DNA of 64,000 nt from Tubulanus polymorphus (GCF_964204645.1 NC_134036.1:4866600-4930599), one strand, 5' to 3'. Positions 26,598-41,910 are shown, counted from the stretch's first letter. A program made the numbers and translations. Notes: generated from the letters alone by a model not told the origin.

Positions 26598-28214
26598 ATG
26601 TTTCAAACAGTCTTAACGCATTGATCCGGCAAATATAATCGGGTTGTCCTATCTAAGCTCAAGAATTGTTATATTTTTAATTGTACGTTCGAGTATTAAA
26701 GTTCACACATTTCACCCGAAATCACGCCCTCTCTGCAAGATGCGTCTGAAAACTATAGACAATATTGGAATTTTAAACATGATATTAAACCTGAGCGAAC
26801 GAAGTTATCAGAATATTTCTGAAATATAATCGCGCGTGGGTATTAACGACACGTGGAAACGATGAAACCGAAAATTACTTTTGAATTGGATAAGAAATGT
26901 CGTGCGAATATGAAATTGTCCAAAATTACCGTGAAATGTTGAACCTGTTATTTCTTATTTTTCCTGCCAATTCAAGTTCGTAAAAAAAAATGGACCTCGC
27001 AAATACTCAGCGCATCATCAGAGTTGTTAAAATTCTAAGCCGTCACGTTTGAAACACTCAGCCAAATCTTTGTTTTATTTTCCTTATATAAGATAGCGAA
27101 TATTACGTTTCCTCTTAATCTCAATCGAATGCGAAATTTCGTTTTAAGAAAGAAAAAAATTCTTTTCACAATGCGCGGGGACGTATAGAATAGATTTCTA
27201 TATCGCAAACAATTTCGTCTTGGATTCATCACTTTGACCGTACGTACGCGTAACGTTAACATAATAAAGAGGTCAAGAGATTTTTGGGCCTTTTTCAATC
27301 GATTTTTGCCCAGACTCGAGCAATCCACACGCCAGTCATCAACTGGTGGATCTGTCTTCCAAAAATGAATAAATGTAAATACAGCCTACAAAGTAGTCTA
27401 CAGAACTGAATTGGATTGGAGAATGTTTAAGCAGAAAGTTACCAATTATGTTTTTGGTCGAAATAAAAACCCAGACGAATTTGACATAACATCCAACTAT
27501 GATATATCCTATCGATTTCCAATGACAAACACGAACCCGCTGTTTTATTCTCGGTATGTTTGATTTCTTGGTTTTATAACACATTAATCTAATTAACATT
27601 AAACTAACCGATCGAACGAATAAGAAGGGCAATACATATTTCAAGATCGAAAACTTAAAAACGCGGTTCGCGAATTCGCGAAAACGGCGCCTTACTAACG
27701 CGTAAAGTAACGCGCTGCGACTGGATTGAACACACGCCAGTCGCCGATTTTCCAAACGGTTAGAATCCTGAAACCGTGCGATGCGTATAAACTGCGATTC
27801 CAGTATTATTCATAAAGTCGAATTTTGTCGGACGGTCGAGCGAAAATATATATTCGACCAGCTAATGAAATATTAATTTAAAAATAAAATAGGTAAACGA
27901 ACGACACGAAATAATTGGGATATTTTTATGTATAATTGGACATGGATATTTTCCGCGCCTAAAGGAAATGTGAAACGTGAAAATTGCTGCACAGATTGAT
28001 GGTAATTACTGGAGAACTCGTTCGAAAGAAATGTCAACGTTTGAAAATATGTTTTTATCCTGTATTTGATGATTGCAACAAATGATAAGTTAGAAATCTA
28101 AAATGCTCGATCATTTATGGAGAAAATTTGAAGATAGAAAGTAATGCGAAAAGGCGATCACTGATTGAAAACAACTTTTGAATCAGGAATGAATTCCAAC
28201 GTTGTGTCGTGTTG

Positions 28215-31200
28215 ATGTTGTTCGGTATGGAGCAGCGACTGAGAGCGCTGTTTACGGCGTCGCTGATCGTCTGTCAAGTTCGCATCGCGCGCGCTGATCG
28301 CGCAGACTCTATCGGGGAATCGTCTGTGACGGTAAGTTCGTCTTGTAACAACACGTGGTACCCGCTAGATTCTACGTCCGGTTACATCGTTTCACCGAAT
28401 TACCCTTCGTTAACGCGCGGCGTTGAATGTCGTTGGTTCATCAACAGTTCTTTTACGGGGACTTTTCACGTCCAAGTTTACTACGATATTGGGCTTTCAA
28501 TATTCTGTAGTGATAACTACCTTCTCGTTTACGAGTCTGAAAAGAGATTGTGCGGTGTTGGAAAACATGAAATCCGCCGTAACGATTCGATCTCGTTGAT
28601 GTTTATGAGTAACGTCGATGGTGCGCGAGGTAGTCGGGTTTATGTCATATATAGTTATGAACGAAGCCGATTGAAAATCAGTCACGACTGTTTAAGACAC
28701 AATATAAGATTGGGGAGGCTAAAAGCTGAGCAGGGTTACAAATACACCGTAGGAAAAATAAAGAATTGCCAGTTATTTGTTGAATGGAGCGGCATGCCGC
28801 GAGGTTATGCGTTGAATCTAACATTTATTGATACAACTTTTAGATTCTATTATGGTAGGAAATCATTGTCGGTAACCATGAAAATACACGACGGTTGGAA
28901 CACCAGCAATGAACCTTTAGCGCATATACCACACCAATCCGGACATCAAGCATCATCATTTTATACAAAAACAAACAAAGCTGTTTTGGTGTCACTGCTG
29001 ACACATCTACAGTCATTGCTTTTAGTACAGACGTATAGAATATCAGATTGGAACGTCTCTAATCCGTTGATTCAGATCTCTAATAACGAGTCGGGAGTGC
29101 TCATTCCCGATGACAACAGTTTACACGTAATATTCCGATCAAAAAACTTACACTGCTGGTCTATCACAGTGCAGGTGTTACAATACGTCTTCTTCAACTG
29201 GACACGCGAACTCGTCATATCCGGTGACGTCATCGGTGTATATAAACTAGAAGGGTTACACGTTGTAGGAACTGATATTTTACTCGGTTATAACTACCTA
29301 GAATCACTGAGTGTTAAATCTGACGGTTTCCTCGTGATAATGTGCGTTTTGAAAGCAACAGTCCACGAAAATGTGAGATTTGAAATAAACTATAGAATGG
29401 AATCTCTTTCGATATATGATATAAAGGTCATAAACCAGGTAAATATCACCTGTGAAATTTTGTTATCCCGTATCGATACGACTTGAAATCATTTAAGATA
29501 AAAACTGTCTGATATGCTTGTAATATTGGCCAACTCTAGGTACCGGTGAACCGAATGTGGTTTATGACGCAAGACTCGCTGTTTCCAAAACGAAATAAAG
29601 TCTCGGTGATTTATCGCGTCACTACATACGAGTTCAAATGGAAAGTTGATATCTATGAAGAGAATATGGAACTAACAGTTTTATCAGAGAACTGCGAGCG
29701 AGCTGGATTTTACATATTCGACGGTGGTAATTTCACGGCTAGACGATACGGTCCGTATTGTCCTCGTTTATTCACCCCGTACGACCGTAACGTCGTCAGT
29801 CTGATTACATCAGGTGGATCGGTTACTGTAGTAGGATACGCTTATAACTGGGATGATCAGTTAACAGTTGGTAAGATATCATATCTCAGATTTCGTCCTA
29901 CCGACTGCGACGGGTATGTTTTAAAGGATGGAGAACATCGGATCAATATGACGTCACACTGTCTCGTGATAACACCGGAAAATCGACGCCTTCCTTTGAG
30001 AAATATTTATATATTATCAGAACACGAATATCAAATTGACCGATGTTTTCATGATCATCTATCATTCGGTTCTTGTAGCAGGTATCTGAGATTGAGTAGT
30101 CAGGTTCTTAATAACGGTCTCGTATTAAACACTGTGAAAACACGTGTGGCGAATGTATTCTGGTTGTATTCATTATTAGTTAAACTACGGCGTAAATGTC
30201 AACGATCGAAGATAGTGGCAGGCGTTATTGGCCAGACACCATTGAATGATAATTGCGGAATCATTCAATCACCAAACTACCCGGGATCAGCGGGGCAAAC
30301 CAGAGAAGCATTACTATATAGTTTTCCAAGTAGGAACATTCAGCGAATTCTGTACTACAGATTTGTAATCAAATATACTGATATGATACAATGTGAGAAA
30401 ACGAATCCGTGGGACAAGGACCCGATTGTAATAAACCATTCCATTATTGATAGAACTAGCGGTCAAACACATCAACACGAAAATATAATATGCGACAATA
30501 ACGCGATACCGGGACTTGTGTTTTATAGTTTAAGACATGAGAACCTGTGGTTTGAGGTGAAAAATCACATACCTTCTTTTCAAATACAATACATATTAGA
30601 ACAGCCGTTACTGATAAAACAGTTTGAAAATGTCTGTAAATCGGGATTTCTAGATTCGGGAATTTCATGCGTAAAATACATCAGAGATGAACGTCTAAAT
30701 TGGGAGAATGCTGAATTGTATTGTAGACAGAAGTACGCGGGACATCTACTCAGTATCAACTCACAACAGGAGATGATTTCTATCAAACGATTATTCGCAA
30801 CAGAACTTCTTCTAAAGGCATATTCACAGAAAGCGCTCTTAATGATGATTGGATTAAAAATGAAGGTAAAATTCTTAATTTCTAAAACTATCTCGTTAAA
30901 AGAAATTTATATACCATCATGATGTTTTAATCATGAATTTGCCACTTAAACTTTTAGTCTACTTCTGGTTCTTACACATGGACTGACGGGAAACCACTGA
31001 GCTACACGGAGTGGTATCAACCTACAAATAACGACACGATACCAGAAGTTATTCGAGGATTGATATCACCTCTAAGAAAACAACCGATAAATGACGTCAA
31101 TATGCCGTGTACGGCGATGATACTGAATAATCCACGAGGATCAGCGAACTGGGTTCGATTCCCATGTGAAATCGAAGAGGTCCACACGAGTTTCATTTGC

Positions 31201-34200
31201 GAAACTGAAAGAATTGATATCGAAAATAGAACAGCATTAATGTTGAACATAACCAAAAACGACACATTTCTAATACGGGAAAATCCATTTCAAAATATTG
31301 ATTTCAATGACTCGAGCTGTACGTTTGGTTTGGTAAGAATAGACAGACAATGCTATCAAATACTGACAGACTGGAACACACATCGAGGTCTTGATATAAA
31401 AAGTGCGACAGAGATGTGTAATGGCGTCCGGGCCGAAGTAGGTAGTACAAACAGTAATACTGAAAAAGATATCTTAAATTTGATAACAACATTTCAATAT
31501 CAACATCAATATAGCTCTGTACTAACGATGACTTCTTATGACACACTGCAAGTTATAAACCCAATAATAACCAGAGATGAAATTACTTATATTCAATCAC
31601 TAAAATGGACGATGAAACAGTTTGATAACGCGACAGAAATAGCGCATTCTGTTTTGTGTTCATACAATGTAACTGATGAAGAGTTAGCTTCTATAAGCGG
31701 TTGTAAATCGTGGCAGTTTGAATGTAACGATCAAAGATGTATCAGCGACCATCGCGTATGTGATACCAGACACGACTGTCGACACGGCGAAGATGAACTG
31801 AGTTGTTCGCATATCAATTTACACAGTCAGTTTCAATGCGATGATGGTCAGGTTATATCAATAAGTGGTTTCTGTGATTTCATACAGGATTGTGTGGATG
31901 GTTCTGATGAGGAATCTTGTTTTCATCCCCCGTGTTTGTCTGAACAATTTCGCTGCACAAGTGGTCAATGTTTCAGTAGGTCAAACAGATGTGATGGAGT
32001 CACTGATTGTAAAGACGGATCAGATGAAATGGGATGCACTACTAAAATGTGTCAGGGGTTCCTGTGTAACAGTGGAGACTGTATTAGTTCTCAGTTGTAT
32101 CAGGATGGAGTCGTGGATTGTAGTGGAAGCGTCGAAGAAGATGAATTAGTAACGGCGACTAATGTTACAGTGAATCCTACTGTTCAATGCAATAATGAAA
32201 ACTACTGCACAACTAACTTCACAAATCTCTGTACGGAATCAGATGAACAAAGGTGTTCTTTCAATTCTCCTCATTGTTATGCAAGACGTCACAGATGTAT
32301 TCTAGAAAGAATGACAAATGGCTTCCCAGTTTGTCGAAATCTTGAGCACGTTTTGAGATGTGAAGAATTTGAATGTCCAGCAGGTACTGTAAAATGTCCA
32401 GCATCGTACTGTATACCGATCAGACAGGTTTGCGATGGTCAATCAGATTGTCCTAATTCAGAAGATGAACAAAACTGCGAAACATTTTCGTGTCCAGGAA
32501 TGTTTAAATGTGGTCAGGAAAATCGGTGTATTCCACAATCTGAAGTTTGTGACGGTTTCGTCATTTGCAAACATACAACTGATGACGAGGCTTTCTGTAA
32601 TGTCAAGTGTCCGATGGGCTGTAGATGTCAAGGTCATTTGATTGATTGTGCCAATGCTGGTTTAAAAGATGTCACTAGTTTTTTCTCGACATCAAGTCGA
32701 GTTTTAATTCTGTCGAATAACAGAATTATTCTGAGCGAGTCGACGTTTTCATTATTCGTTTATCTTCGAATGCTCAACATCTCTTCCAATGAATTGTCTC
32801 ATATTTTACCGAACTCGTTCACAAACCTGCATAATTTACATACATTAGATCTTACGTACAACAACATAACATTATTATCCACAAACACATTCATCGGGTT
32901 GTATAATTTAAAAGAGTTATTGATAACTGAAAATCCTATACGCCATTTAGACGACAATACCTTTCAAGATTTAATGTCATTACAATTTCTGGACCTTCAA
33001 GGGCTTTCAGTTTTGCTGATTGGCAGAGATGTATTTAGAGGTTTATCTGCATTACAGTCGTTGGATATTAGCAGTAACAGAATCCATCATATTTCACGAT
33101 ATGCTTTTTCAGGATTAAATGAACTTAGAATTCTCGATTTATCCAACAACTCTAAATTTATTTTGACTGAGACAGGCGTTTTCGATAATCTAACATCATT
33201 AGTCTCGTTAACGTCTGATGCTTACAAATTTTGCTGCATGGCTCCGAATGTTGACCAGTGTCTACCTGAAGCTGATGAATTTTCCTCCTGTTCTGATCTG
33301 ATGGGTAACACAATCCTCAGAGCTATCATCTGGATCATCGCTTCATTTAGTTTCTTCGCGAACAGTATCGTCATTTTATTTCGTCTTCGATCAATTAGAC
33401 TTTCATCCTCCGAAAAGCGCAACACATCCTCTGACATCCTCATCATCAACATCGCAGCTTGTGATTTTCTGATGTCGATTTATTTGTTTTCGATTGCGGG
33501 TGCAGATTATATTTATAAAGGAGATTATTTCCTAAACTCTGAAACTTGGACGGATAGTTCATTGTGTAGTTTCGCCGGAGTTACGGTGACTATTTCTTGT
33601 GAAGGCTCATTGACGTTTCTATTCATTCTAACACGGCAAAGATTCTCGAATATCGTTAACCCATTTTCTGGAAGCCCGATTAGATCACCGAGATATGTGT
33701 CGATTATTTGTGGCATGTGTTGGGTTATTATAAGTACAATCTCTATAATACCGCTGTCACAATTATCTTATTTCGGTATTAAATTCTACGGTACTACTGG
33801 AGTTTGTTTACCTATGAATTTAATATCGATTGATGTCAACGCCTGGCAATATTCATTCGCTATTTTTGCGGTATTCAACTCGTTCATACTCGCTACGATA
33901 ATGACGACTTATGCGCAAATGTACAGACTCGTATCTGGAAGCAGGACAGGTTCGGGTAGAATCGATCCTACGGAACTGGTTTTAGCACGAAGAAGTTTAG
34001 TGATAAATCTTTGTAATTTATTTTGCTGGCTGCCGTTAATTATCGTTCAGTTTTGCGCGGTATTTCGGATAGAAATACCGAATCAGGTGGCGGCTTGGCT
34101 GGCGGTTCTTTTCTTACCGATCAACTCGTCCCTCAATCCCCTTCTTTACACAATACTGACTATCGATATGAAATCCATACGAGCAAAAACTAAACGCTTA

Positions 34201-34206
34201 CGTTAA
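28215..34206 (+). CDS. Copy 5: CUB/C-type lectin/LDLa/LRR GPCR, GRL101-like, ~1932 aa (near-identical to copy 4)
   Basis: Exons 28215-29438, 29540-30865, 30958-34206; introns 29439-29539 and 30866-30957, GT-AG, phase 0. Confidence 0.9.
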
Positions 34207-35138
34207 AAATTTTTTACAAATTCTAAACGCATTGATCCCGCTATTTAATCGGGTTGTCTTAACCTCAAGCATTGTTGGTTTAAATTACTCAAATTCTAAT
34301 AGAGACTGAAAAGATACACATTTCATCCAAAATCACCGCCCTCTCAAGACGTAGCTAAAAATTATAGAAAACATTGGAACTTTCAATTAAGTATTGATTT
34401 CTTAAAAACCTGAGCGAAAGAAGTTATCAGAACGTTTTTGAAATATTATTGGGCGTGGGTATTCACGACACGTAGAAATGATTGGACCGAAAATAATTTT
34501 TTATTTAAATTGTTCGAATAAGGCGTGAATATAATATTGTCCGAAATATTTGTGAAACGTTGGACCGGTTATTTTCGATTAGTCGTGCTATTTCAGGTTC
34601 ATAAAAATAAAAAATGAATTGACCTCGTAAAAACTCAGCGCATCATTAGAGTTGTTAAAATCCTAAGCCGTCACGTTGGACACATTTAACCAAATCTTTG
34701 CTTCATATCTAATATAAGATAGCGAATATTTCGTTTCCTCTTGATCTCAATCGAATGCGAAATTTCGTTTTAAGAAAATAAAATAATTCTTTTCACAATG
34801 CGCGGGGGAGTATAGAATAGATTTTTATATCGCAAACACTTTCGTTTTGGATTCATCACTTTGACCGTACGTACGAGTAACGTTAAGATAATAAATAGGT
34901 CAAGAGATTTTAGGGCGTTTTTCAACCAGTGTTGTTTATAAGTAACGGTAAATTTCATTTTTATAGGAAATCGATTTATGCCCAGAATCGAGCTACCCAC
35001 TCGCCAGTCGTCAACCGGTGGATCTGTCTTTCAATTACGAATAAATGTTAATACAGCCTACAAAGTATTTTACAGAACTGAATTGGATTGGAGAATGTTT
35101 ACGCTGAAAGTTACCAATATTATGTGCTTTGGTCTAAT

Positions 35139-35221
35139 GAAAAAACCAGACGAATTTGACATAACATCCAACTATGATAATATCATAGTTGGATGTTATG
35201 TCAAATTCGTCTGGTTTTTTC
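35139..35221. repeat. Perfect inverted repeat, 41-bp arms with a 1-nt spacer
   Basis: GAAAAAACCAGACGAATTTGACATAACATCCAACTATGATA (35139-35179), then A, then its exact reverse complement (35181-35221). The right arm is absent from the other spacers. Confidence 0.95.
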
Positions 35222-35950
35222 TGTATTATATTATATCCTATAGATTTCCAATTACAAACACGAACCCGCTGTTTTATTCCCGGTATGTTAGATTTGTTGG
35301 TTTTATAACACATTAATCAAATTAGCCTAATATTAAACTAACCGATCGAACGAATAAGAAGGCAATACATGTTTCAAGATCGAAAACTTCAAAACGCGGT
35401 TCGCGATTTCGCGAAAACGGCGCCTTAGTAACGCGTAAAGTAACGCGCTACGACAGGTTTCAACACACGCCAATCGCCAGATTTCAAAACTGTCAAAATC
35501 CTGAAACCGTGCGATGTGTATAAACTGTCATATATATAAGATATTGAAAATGTCGGATTTTGTCGGACGGTCGAACGAAAATATATATTCGACTAGCTAA
35601 TGAGATATTAATTTAAATAGAAAATATTTAAACGAACGACACGAAATAATTTGGGTATTTTTATGTATAATTGGACATGGATATTAACAGCGCCTAAAGG
35701 AAAAGTGTAACTGAAAATTGCTGCACAGATTGGTGGTAATTACTGGAAAACTCGTTCGAAAGAAATGTCAACGTTTAAAAATATATTTGTACCCTGAATT
35801 TGCTGATTGCAGCAAATGAATAGTAGGAAATCTAAAATGCTCCATCATTTATGGATAGAACATGAAGATAGAAAGTAATGTGAAAAGGCGATCAGTGATT
35901 GAAATAACAACTTTTGAATCTGGAATGAATTCAAACGTTGTGTCGTGTTG

Positions 35951-38900
35951 ATGTTGTTCGGTATGGAGCAGCGACTGAGAGCGCTGTTTATAGCGTCGCT
36001 GATCGTCTGTCGAGTTCGCATCGCGCGCGCTGATCGCGCAGACTCTATCGAGGAATCGTTTGTGACGGTAAGTTCGTCTTGTAACAACACGTGGTACCCG
36101 CTAGATTCTACGTCCGGTTACATCGTTTCGCCGAATTACCCTTCGTTAACGCGCGGTGTTGAATGCCGTTGGTTCATCAACAGTTCTTTACCGGGAACTG
36201 TTCGCATCCAAGTTTACTACGATATCGAGCCGTCAATATTCTGTAGTGATAACTACCTTCTCGTCTACGAGTCTGATAACAGATTCTGCGGCGATGGAAA
36301 ACATGAAATTCGCCAAAACAATTCGATCTCGTTGATGTTTATGAGTAACGTCGATGGTGCGCGAGGTAGTCGGGTTTATATCATATATCGTTATAAACGA
36401 AATCATTTGTCAATTAGTCACGATTGCCCAAAATATCTCCGATTGAACCAAATACAAACATCAATAGGATACAAATATCAGATAGGCTACTTACTATCGT
36501 GCAAATTGTTTTTGGAATGGATCGGGATGCCAGATGATTTTGGCATGAACCTGACCTTAAGAAAGCTAAGTTTGAAAGTAAGCCCAGGTGCTGATCCAGC
36601 GACGACTCTTAAAGTCTACGACGGATGGAACACCAGCAGTGAACCTATAGGTCTCATACGAGAACAAACCGGGCATCCACCGTCATCATTTTATACTAAA
36701 ACAAGCAAAGCCGTCATATCACTGCTATATCCTCGACTGTTTTTTGAAACACAGCTTCTAATTCAAATATACCAAATATCGGATTGGAACGTCTCTAATC
36801 CGTTGATTCAGATCTCTAATAACGAGTCGGGAGTGATCGTTCCCGATGAAAACAGTTTACACGTAATAACTCGATCAAAACACTTACACTGCTGGTCTAT
36901 CACAGTGCAGGTGTTACAGTACGTCGTCTTCAACTGGACGAGCGATTTCGTCACAACCGATGACGTCATAAGTGTATATAAACAAGAAGGGTTACGCGTT
37001 GTAGAAACTGATATTATACTCGGTTACAACTACCTGCAATCACTGAGTGTTAAATCTGATGGATTTCTCGTCATACTGTGCGTTCTGAAAGCAACCGTTC
37101 ACGACAATGCGAGATTTGAAATAAACTATAAAATTGAATCTATTTCGATAGATGATATAAAGGTCAACAACCCTCAGGTGAGTAACAACTGTGTAATTAT
37201 GTTACTTTGTCAGAAATTTAAGTCAACTTGATCTGTCTGATATGCTTAATATTGGAAACCCTAGGTCACTGTGAACCGAATGTGGTCAATGAAAACAAAC
37301 TCGCTGTTTCCAAAACGAAATAAAGCCTCGGTGAATTATCGCGTCACTAGATACGAGTTTAAATGGAAAATTGATATTTATGACGAGAATATGGAACTAA
37401 CAGTTTTATCAGAGAACTGCGAGCGAGCTGGATTTTACATATTCGACGGTGGTAATTTCACGGCTAGACGATACGGTCCGTATTGTCCTCGTTTATACGC
37501 CCCGTACGACCGTAACGTGGTCAGTCTGATTACATCAGGTGGATCGGTTACTGTTGTAGGATACGCTTATAATTGGGACGGTCAGTTGACAGTCGATAAG
37601 GGATCATATCTCAGATTTCATCCTACCGACTGTGACGGGTATGTTTTAAAGGAGGGAGAACGTCGGATCAATATGACGTCACACTGTCTCGTGATTACAC
37701 CCAAAAACCGACGCCTTCCTCTAAGAAATATTCACATTTTATCAGAACACGAATATCAAATTGACCGATGTTTTCAGGATTCTCTCTTATTCGGTTCTTG
37801 TAGCAGGTATCTGACATTGAGCAGTCAGTATCTCAATAACAGTCTAGTAATAAACACCGTTAAAACACAATTCATGGTTCCATTCTGGTATAATCCTTTA
37901 TTGGTGAAACTACGTCGTAAATGTCAACGATCGAAGGTAGTTGCAGGGGGTATTGACCAGACACCACTGAATGATAATTGCAGAATCATTCAGTCACCAA
38001 ACTACCCTGGATCAGCAGAGCAAACCAGAGAATCATTAATATATAGTTTTCAATGGAGCATCACTCGACGAATTCAGTACTACAGATTTGTGATAAAACA
38101 TATTGAAATGATACGATGTGAGAAATCACACCCGCGAGCCAAGGACCTGATTCTAATACAACAATCCATTAGTGATACAACTAGCGGCCAAACACATCAA
38201 CACGAAAATAGAATCTGTGACAATAACGCGTTACCAGGACTTGTGTTTTATAGTTTAAGACATGAGAACCTCAAGTTTGAGGTGAAAAATTACATACCGA
38301 CATTTCAAATACAATACATATTAGAACAGTCGATACCGGTAAAACAGTTTAAAAATGTCTGTAAATCAGGATTTTTAGATTCGGGAATTTCATGCGTAAA
38401 ATACATCAGAGATGAACGTCTGAATTGGGAGAATGCTGAATTGTACTGTAGGCAGAAGTACGCGGGACATCTACTCAGTATCAACTCACAACAGGAAATG
38501 ATTTCTATTAAAAGATTATTCGCTACAAAGCTTCTTCCAAAGGCATATTCACAGAGAGCGCTCACAATGATGATTGGATTAAAACTGCAAGTAAGTCATA
38601 AAATAAGTCATTAGAAAGTTTGTATATAAGAATTTGATGTTATGTTTAATCACGTGTTTGCAACTTAATTTTTCAGCCCGTTTCTGGTTATTACACGTGG
38701 ACTGACGGGAAACCATTGAGCTACACAGAGTGGTGTAAACCTACAAATAACGACACGATACCAGAAGTTATTCAAGGATTGATATCTCCCCTTAGAAAAC
38801 AACCGATAAATGACGTCAATATGCCGTGTACGGCGATGATACTGAATAATCCACGAGGATCAGCGAACTGGGTTCGATTCCCCTGCGAAATCGAAGAGGT

Positions 38901-41900
38901 TCATACGAATTTCATTTGCGAAACTGAAAGATGTACCATCGAAAATAGAACAGCAACAATGCGGAATGAAACCAAAAACGACACATTTCTATTTCAAAAT
39001 ACTGATTTCAACGATTCGAACTGTACGAATGGTTGGGTAAACATAGATAAACAATGCTATCAAATACTGACAGATTGGAACAGATATCGAGGTCTTGATT
39101 CAAAAACTGCTACAGAGATGTGTCATAGCGTCGGATCTGATATGGGAAAAATATTCCGTAACACAGAAAATGACATCTTAAATTTGATGAAATTATTTCA
39201 ATATCAACATCAATATGGCTCTATACTAACGATGACTTCCAATGACAGACTGCAAGTTATACAGCCAATAATCACCAGAGATGAAATTACTTATATTCAT
39301 TCAGTAAAATGGCCGATGAAACATTTTGATAATGCGACAGATACAGCGCATTCTGTTCTGTGTTCGTACAATGTAACTGTCGAAGAGTTAGCTGCTATAA
39401 GCGGTTGTAAATCGTGGCAGTTTAAATGTAACAATCAAAGATGTATCAGCGACCATCGCGTATGTGACACTAAACACGACTGTCAACACGGTGGAGATGA
39501 ACTTAATTGTACGGATATAAATTTACACAGTCAGTTTCAATGCGATGATGGTCAGGTTATATCAATAAGTGGTTTCTGTGATTTCATACAGGATTGTGTG
39601 GATGGTTCGGATGAGGAATCTTGTATTCATCCACCGTGTTTGTCCGAACAATTTCGCTGCACAAGTGGTCAATGTTTCAGTAGGTCAAGCAGATGTGATG
39701 GAATCACTGATTGTAAAGACGGATCAGATGAAATGGGATGCACTACTGAAATGTGTCAGGGGTTCCTGTGTAACAGTGGAGACTGTATTAGTTCTAAATT
39801 TTATCAGGATGGTGTCGTGGATTGTAGTGGAAGCCTCGAAGAAGATGAATTAGTAACAACTACTAATGTTATAGTGAATCCTACTGTTCAGTGCAATAAA
39901 GAAAACTACTGCACAACTAACTTCACAAATCTCTGTACGAAATCAGATGAACAAAGATGTTCTTTTAATTCTCCTCACTGTTATTCTAGACGTCACAGGT
40001 GTATTCTAGAAAGAATGAAAAATGGTTTCCCAGTTTGTAGGAATCTTGAGCACGTATTGAGATGTGAAGAATTTGAATGTCCAACTGGTACTGTAAAATG
40101 TCCTGCATCGTACTGTATACCGATCAGACAGGTGTGCGATGGTCAATCAGATTGTCCTAATTCAGAAGATGAGCAAAACTGCGAGACATTTTCTTGTCCA
40201 GGAATGTTTAAATGTGGTCAGGAAAATCGGTGTATTCCACAATCTGAAGTTTGTGACGGTTTCGTCAACTGTAAACATACAAAAGATGACGAGGCTTTCT
40301 GTAATGTCACGTGTAAGAAGGGCTGTAGATGTCAAGGTCATTTGATTGATTGTGCGAATGCTCGTTTAAAAGATGTAACTGGTCTTTTCTCGACATCAAG
40401 TCGAGTTTTAATTCTGTCGAATAACAGAATTATTCTGAGCGAGTTGACGTTTTCTTCATTCGTTTATCTTCGAATGCTCAACATCTCTTTCAATGAATTG
40501 TCTCATATTTTACCGAACTCGTTCAGAAACCTGCATAATTTACACATATTAGATCTTACATACAACAACATAACATCATTATCCACAAACACATTCATCG
40601 GGTTGTATAATTTAAAAGAGTTATTGATAACTGAAAATCCTATACGCCATTTAGACGACAATACCTTCCAAGATTTAATGTCATTACAATTTCTGGACCT
40701 TCGAGGGCTTTCAGTTTTGCTGCTTGGCAGAGATGTATTTAGAGGTTTATCTGCATTACAGTCGTTGGATATTAGCAGTAACAGAATCCATCATATTTCA
40801 CGTTATGCTTTTTCAGGATTAAATGAACTTAGAATTCTCGATATCACCAACAACTCTAAATTTATTTTGACTGAGACAGGCGTTTTCGATAATCTAACAT
40901 CATTAGTCTCGTTAACGTCTGATGCTTACAAATTTTGTTGCATGGCTCCGAATGTTGACCAGTGTCTTCCTGAAGCTGATGAATTTTCCTCTTGTTCTGA
41001 TCTGATGGGTAACACAGTCCTCAGAGCTATCATCTGGGTCATCGCTTCATTTAGTTTCTTCGGGAACAGTATCGTCATTTTATTTCGTCTTCGATCAATT
41101 CGACTTTCATCCTCCGAGAAACGTAACACATCTTCTGATATTTTAATCATCAATATCGCAGCTTGTGATTTTCTCATGTCGATTTATTTGTTTTCGATTG
41201 CGGGTGCAGATTACATTTATAAAGGAATTTATTTCCTAAATTCTGAAACTTGGACTGGCAGTTCATTGTGTAGTTTCGCCGGAGTCACGGTGACTATTTC
41301 TTGTGAAGGCTCATTGACGTTTCTATTTATTCTAACACGGCAGAGATTCTCGAATATCGTTAATCCATTTTCTGGAAGCCCGATTACATCGTCGAGATAT
41401 GTGTCCATTATTTGTGGCGTGTGTTGGGTTATTATAAGTACAATCTCTATAATACCGCTGTCACAATTATCTTATTTCGGTATTAAATTCTACGGTACTA
41501 CTGGAGTTTGTTTACCTATGAATTTAATATCAATTAATGTCCACGCCTGGCAATATTCATTCGCTATTTTTGCGGTATTCAACTCGTTCATACTCGCTAC
41601 GATAATGGCGACTTATGCGCAAATGTACAGACTCGTATCTGGAAGCAGGACAGGTTCGGGTAGAATCGATCCTACCGAACTGGTTTTAGCACGAAGAAGT
41701 TTGGTGATAAATCTTTGTAATTTATTTTGCTGGCTGCCGTTAATTGTCGTTCAGTTTTGCACGGTATTACGGGTAGAAATACCGAATCAGGTGGCGGCTT
41801 GGCTGGCGGTTCTTTTCTTACCGATCAACTCGTCCCTCAATCCCCTTCTTTACACAATACTGACTATCGATATGAAATCAATACGAGCAAAAACAAAACG

Positions 41901-41910
41901 CTTACGTTAA
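35951..41910 (+). CDS. Copy 6: CUB/C-type lectin/LDLa/LRR GPCR, GRL101-like, ~1928 aa
   Basis: Exons 35951-37177, 37265-38590, 38677-41910; introns 37178-37264 (87 bp) and 38591-38676 (86 bp). Confidence 0.9.

Noticed and set aside
35139-35221. MITE or transposon interpretation of the inverted repeat
   Set aside because: One arm is native spacer sequence present in all copies, and there is no internal sequence or clear target-site duplication.
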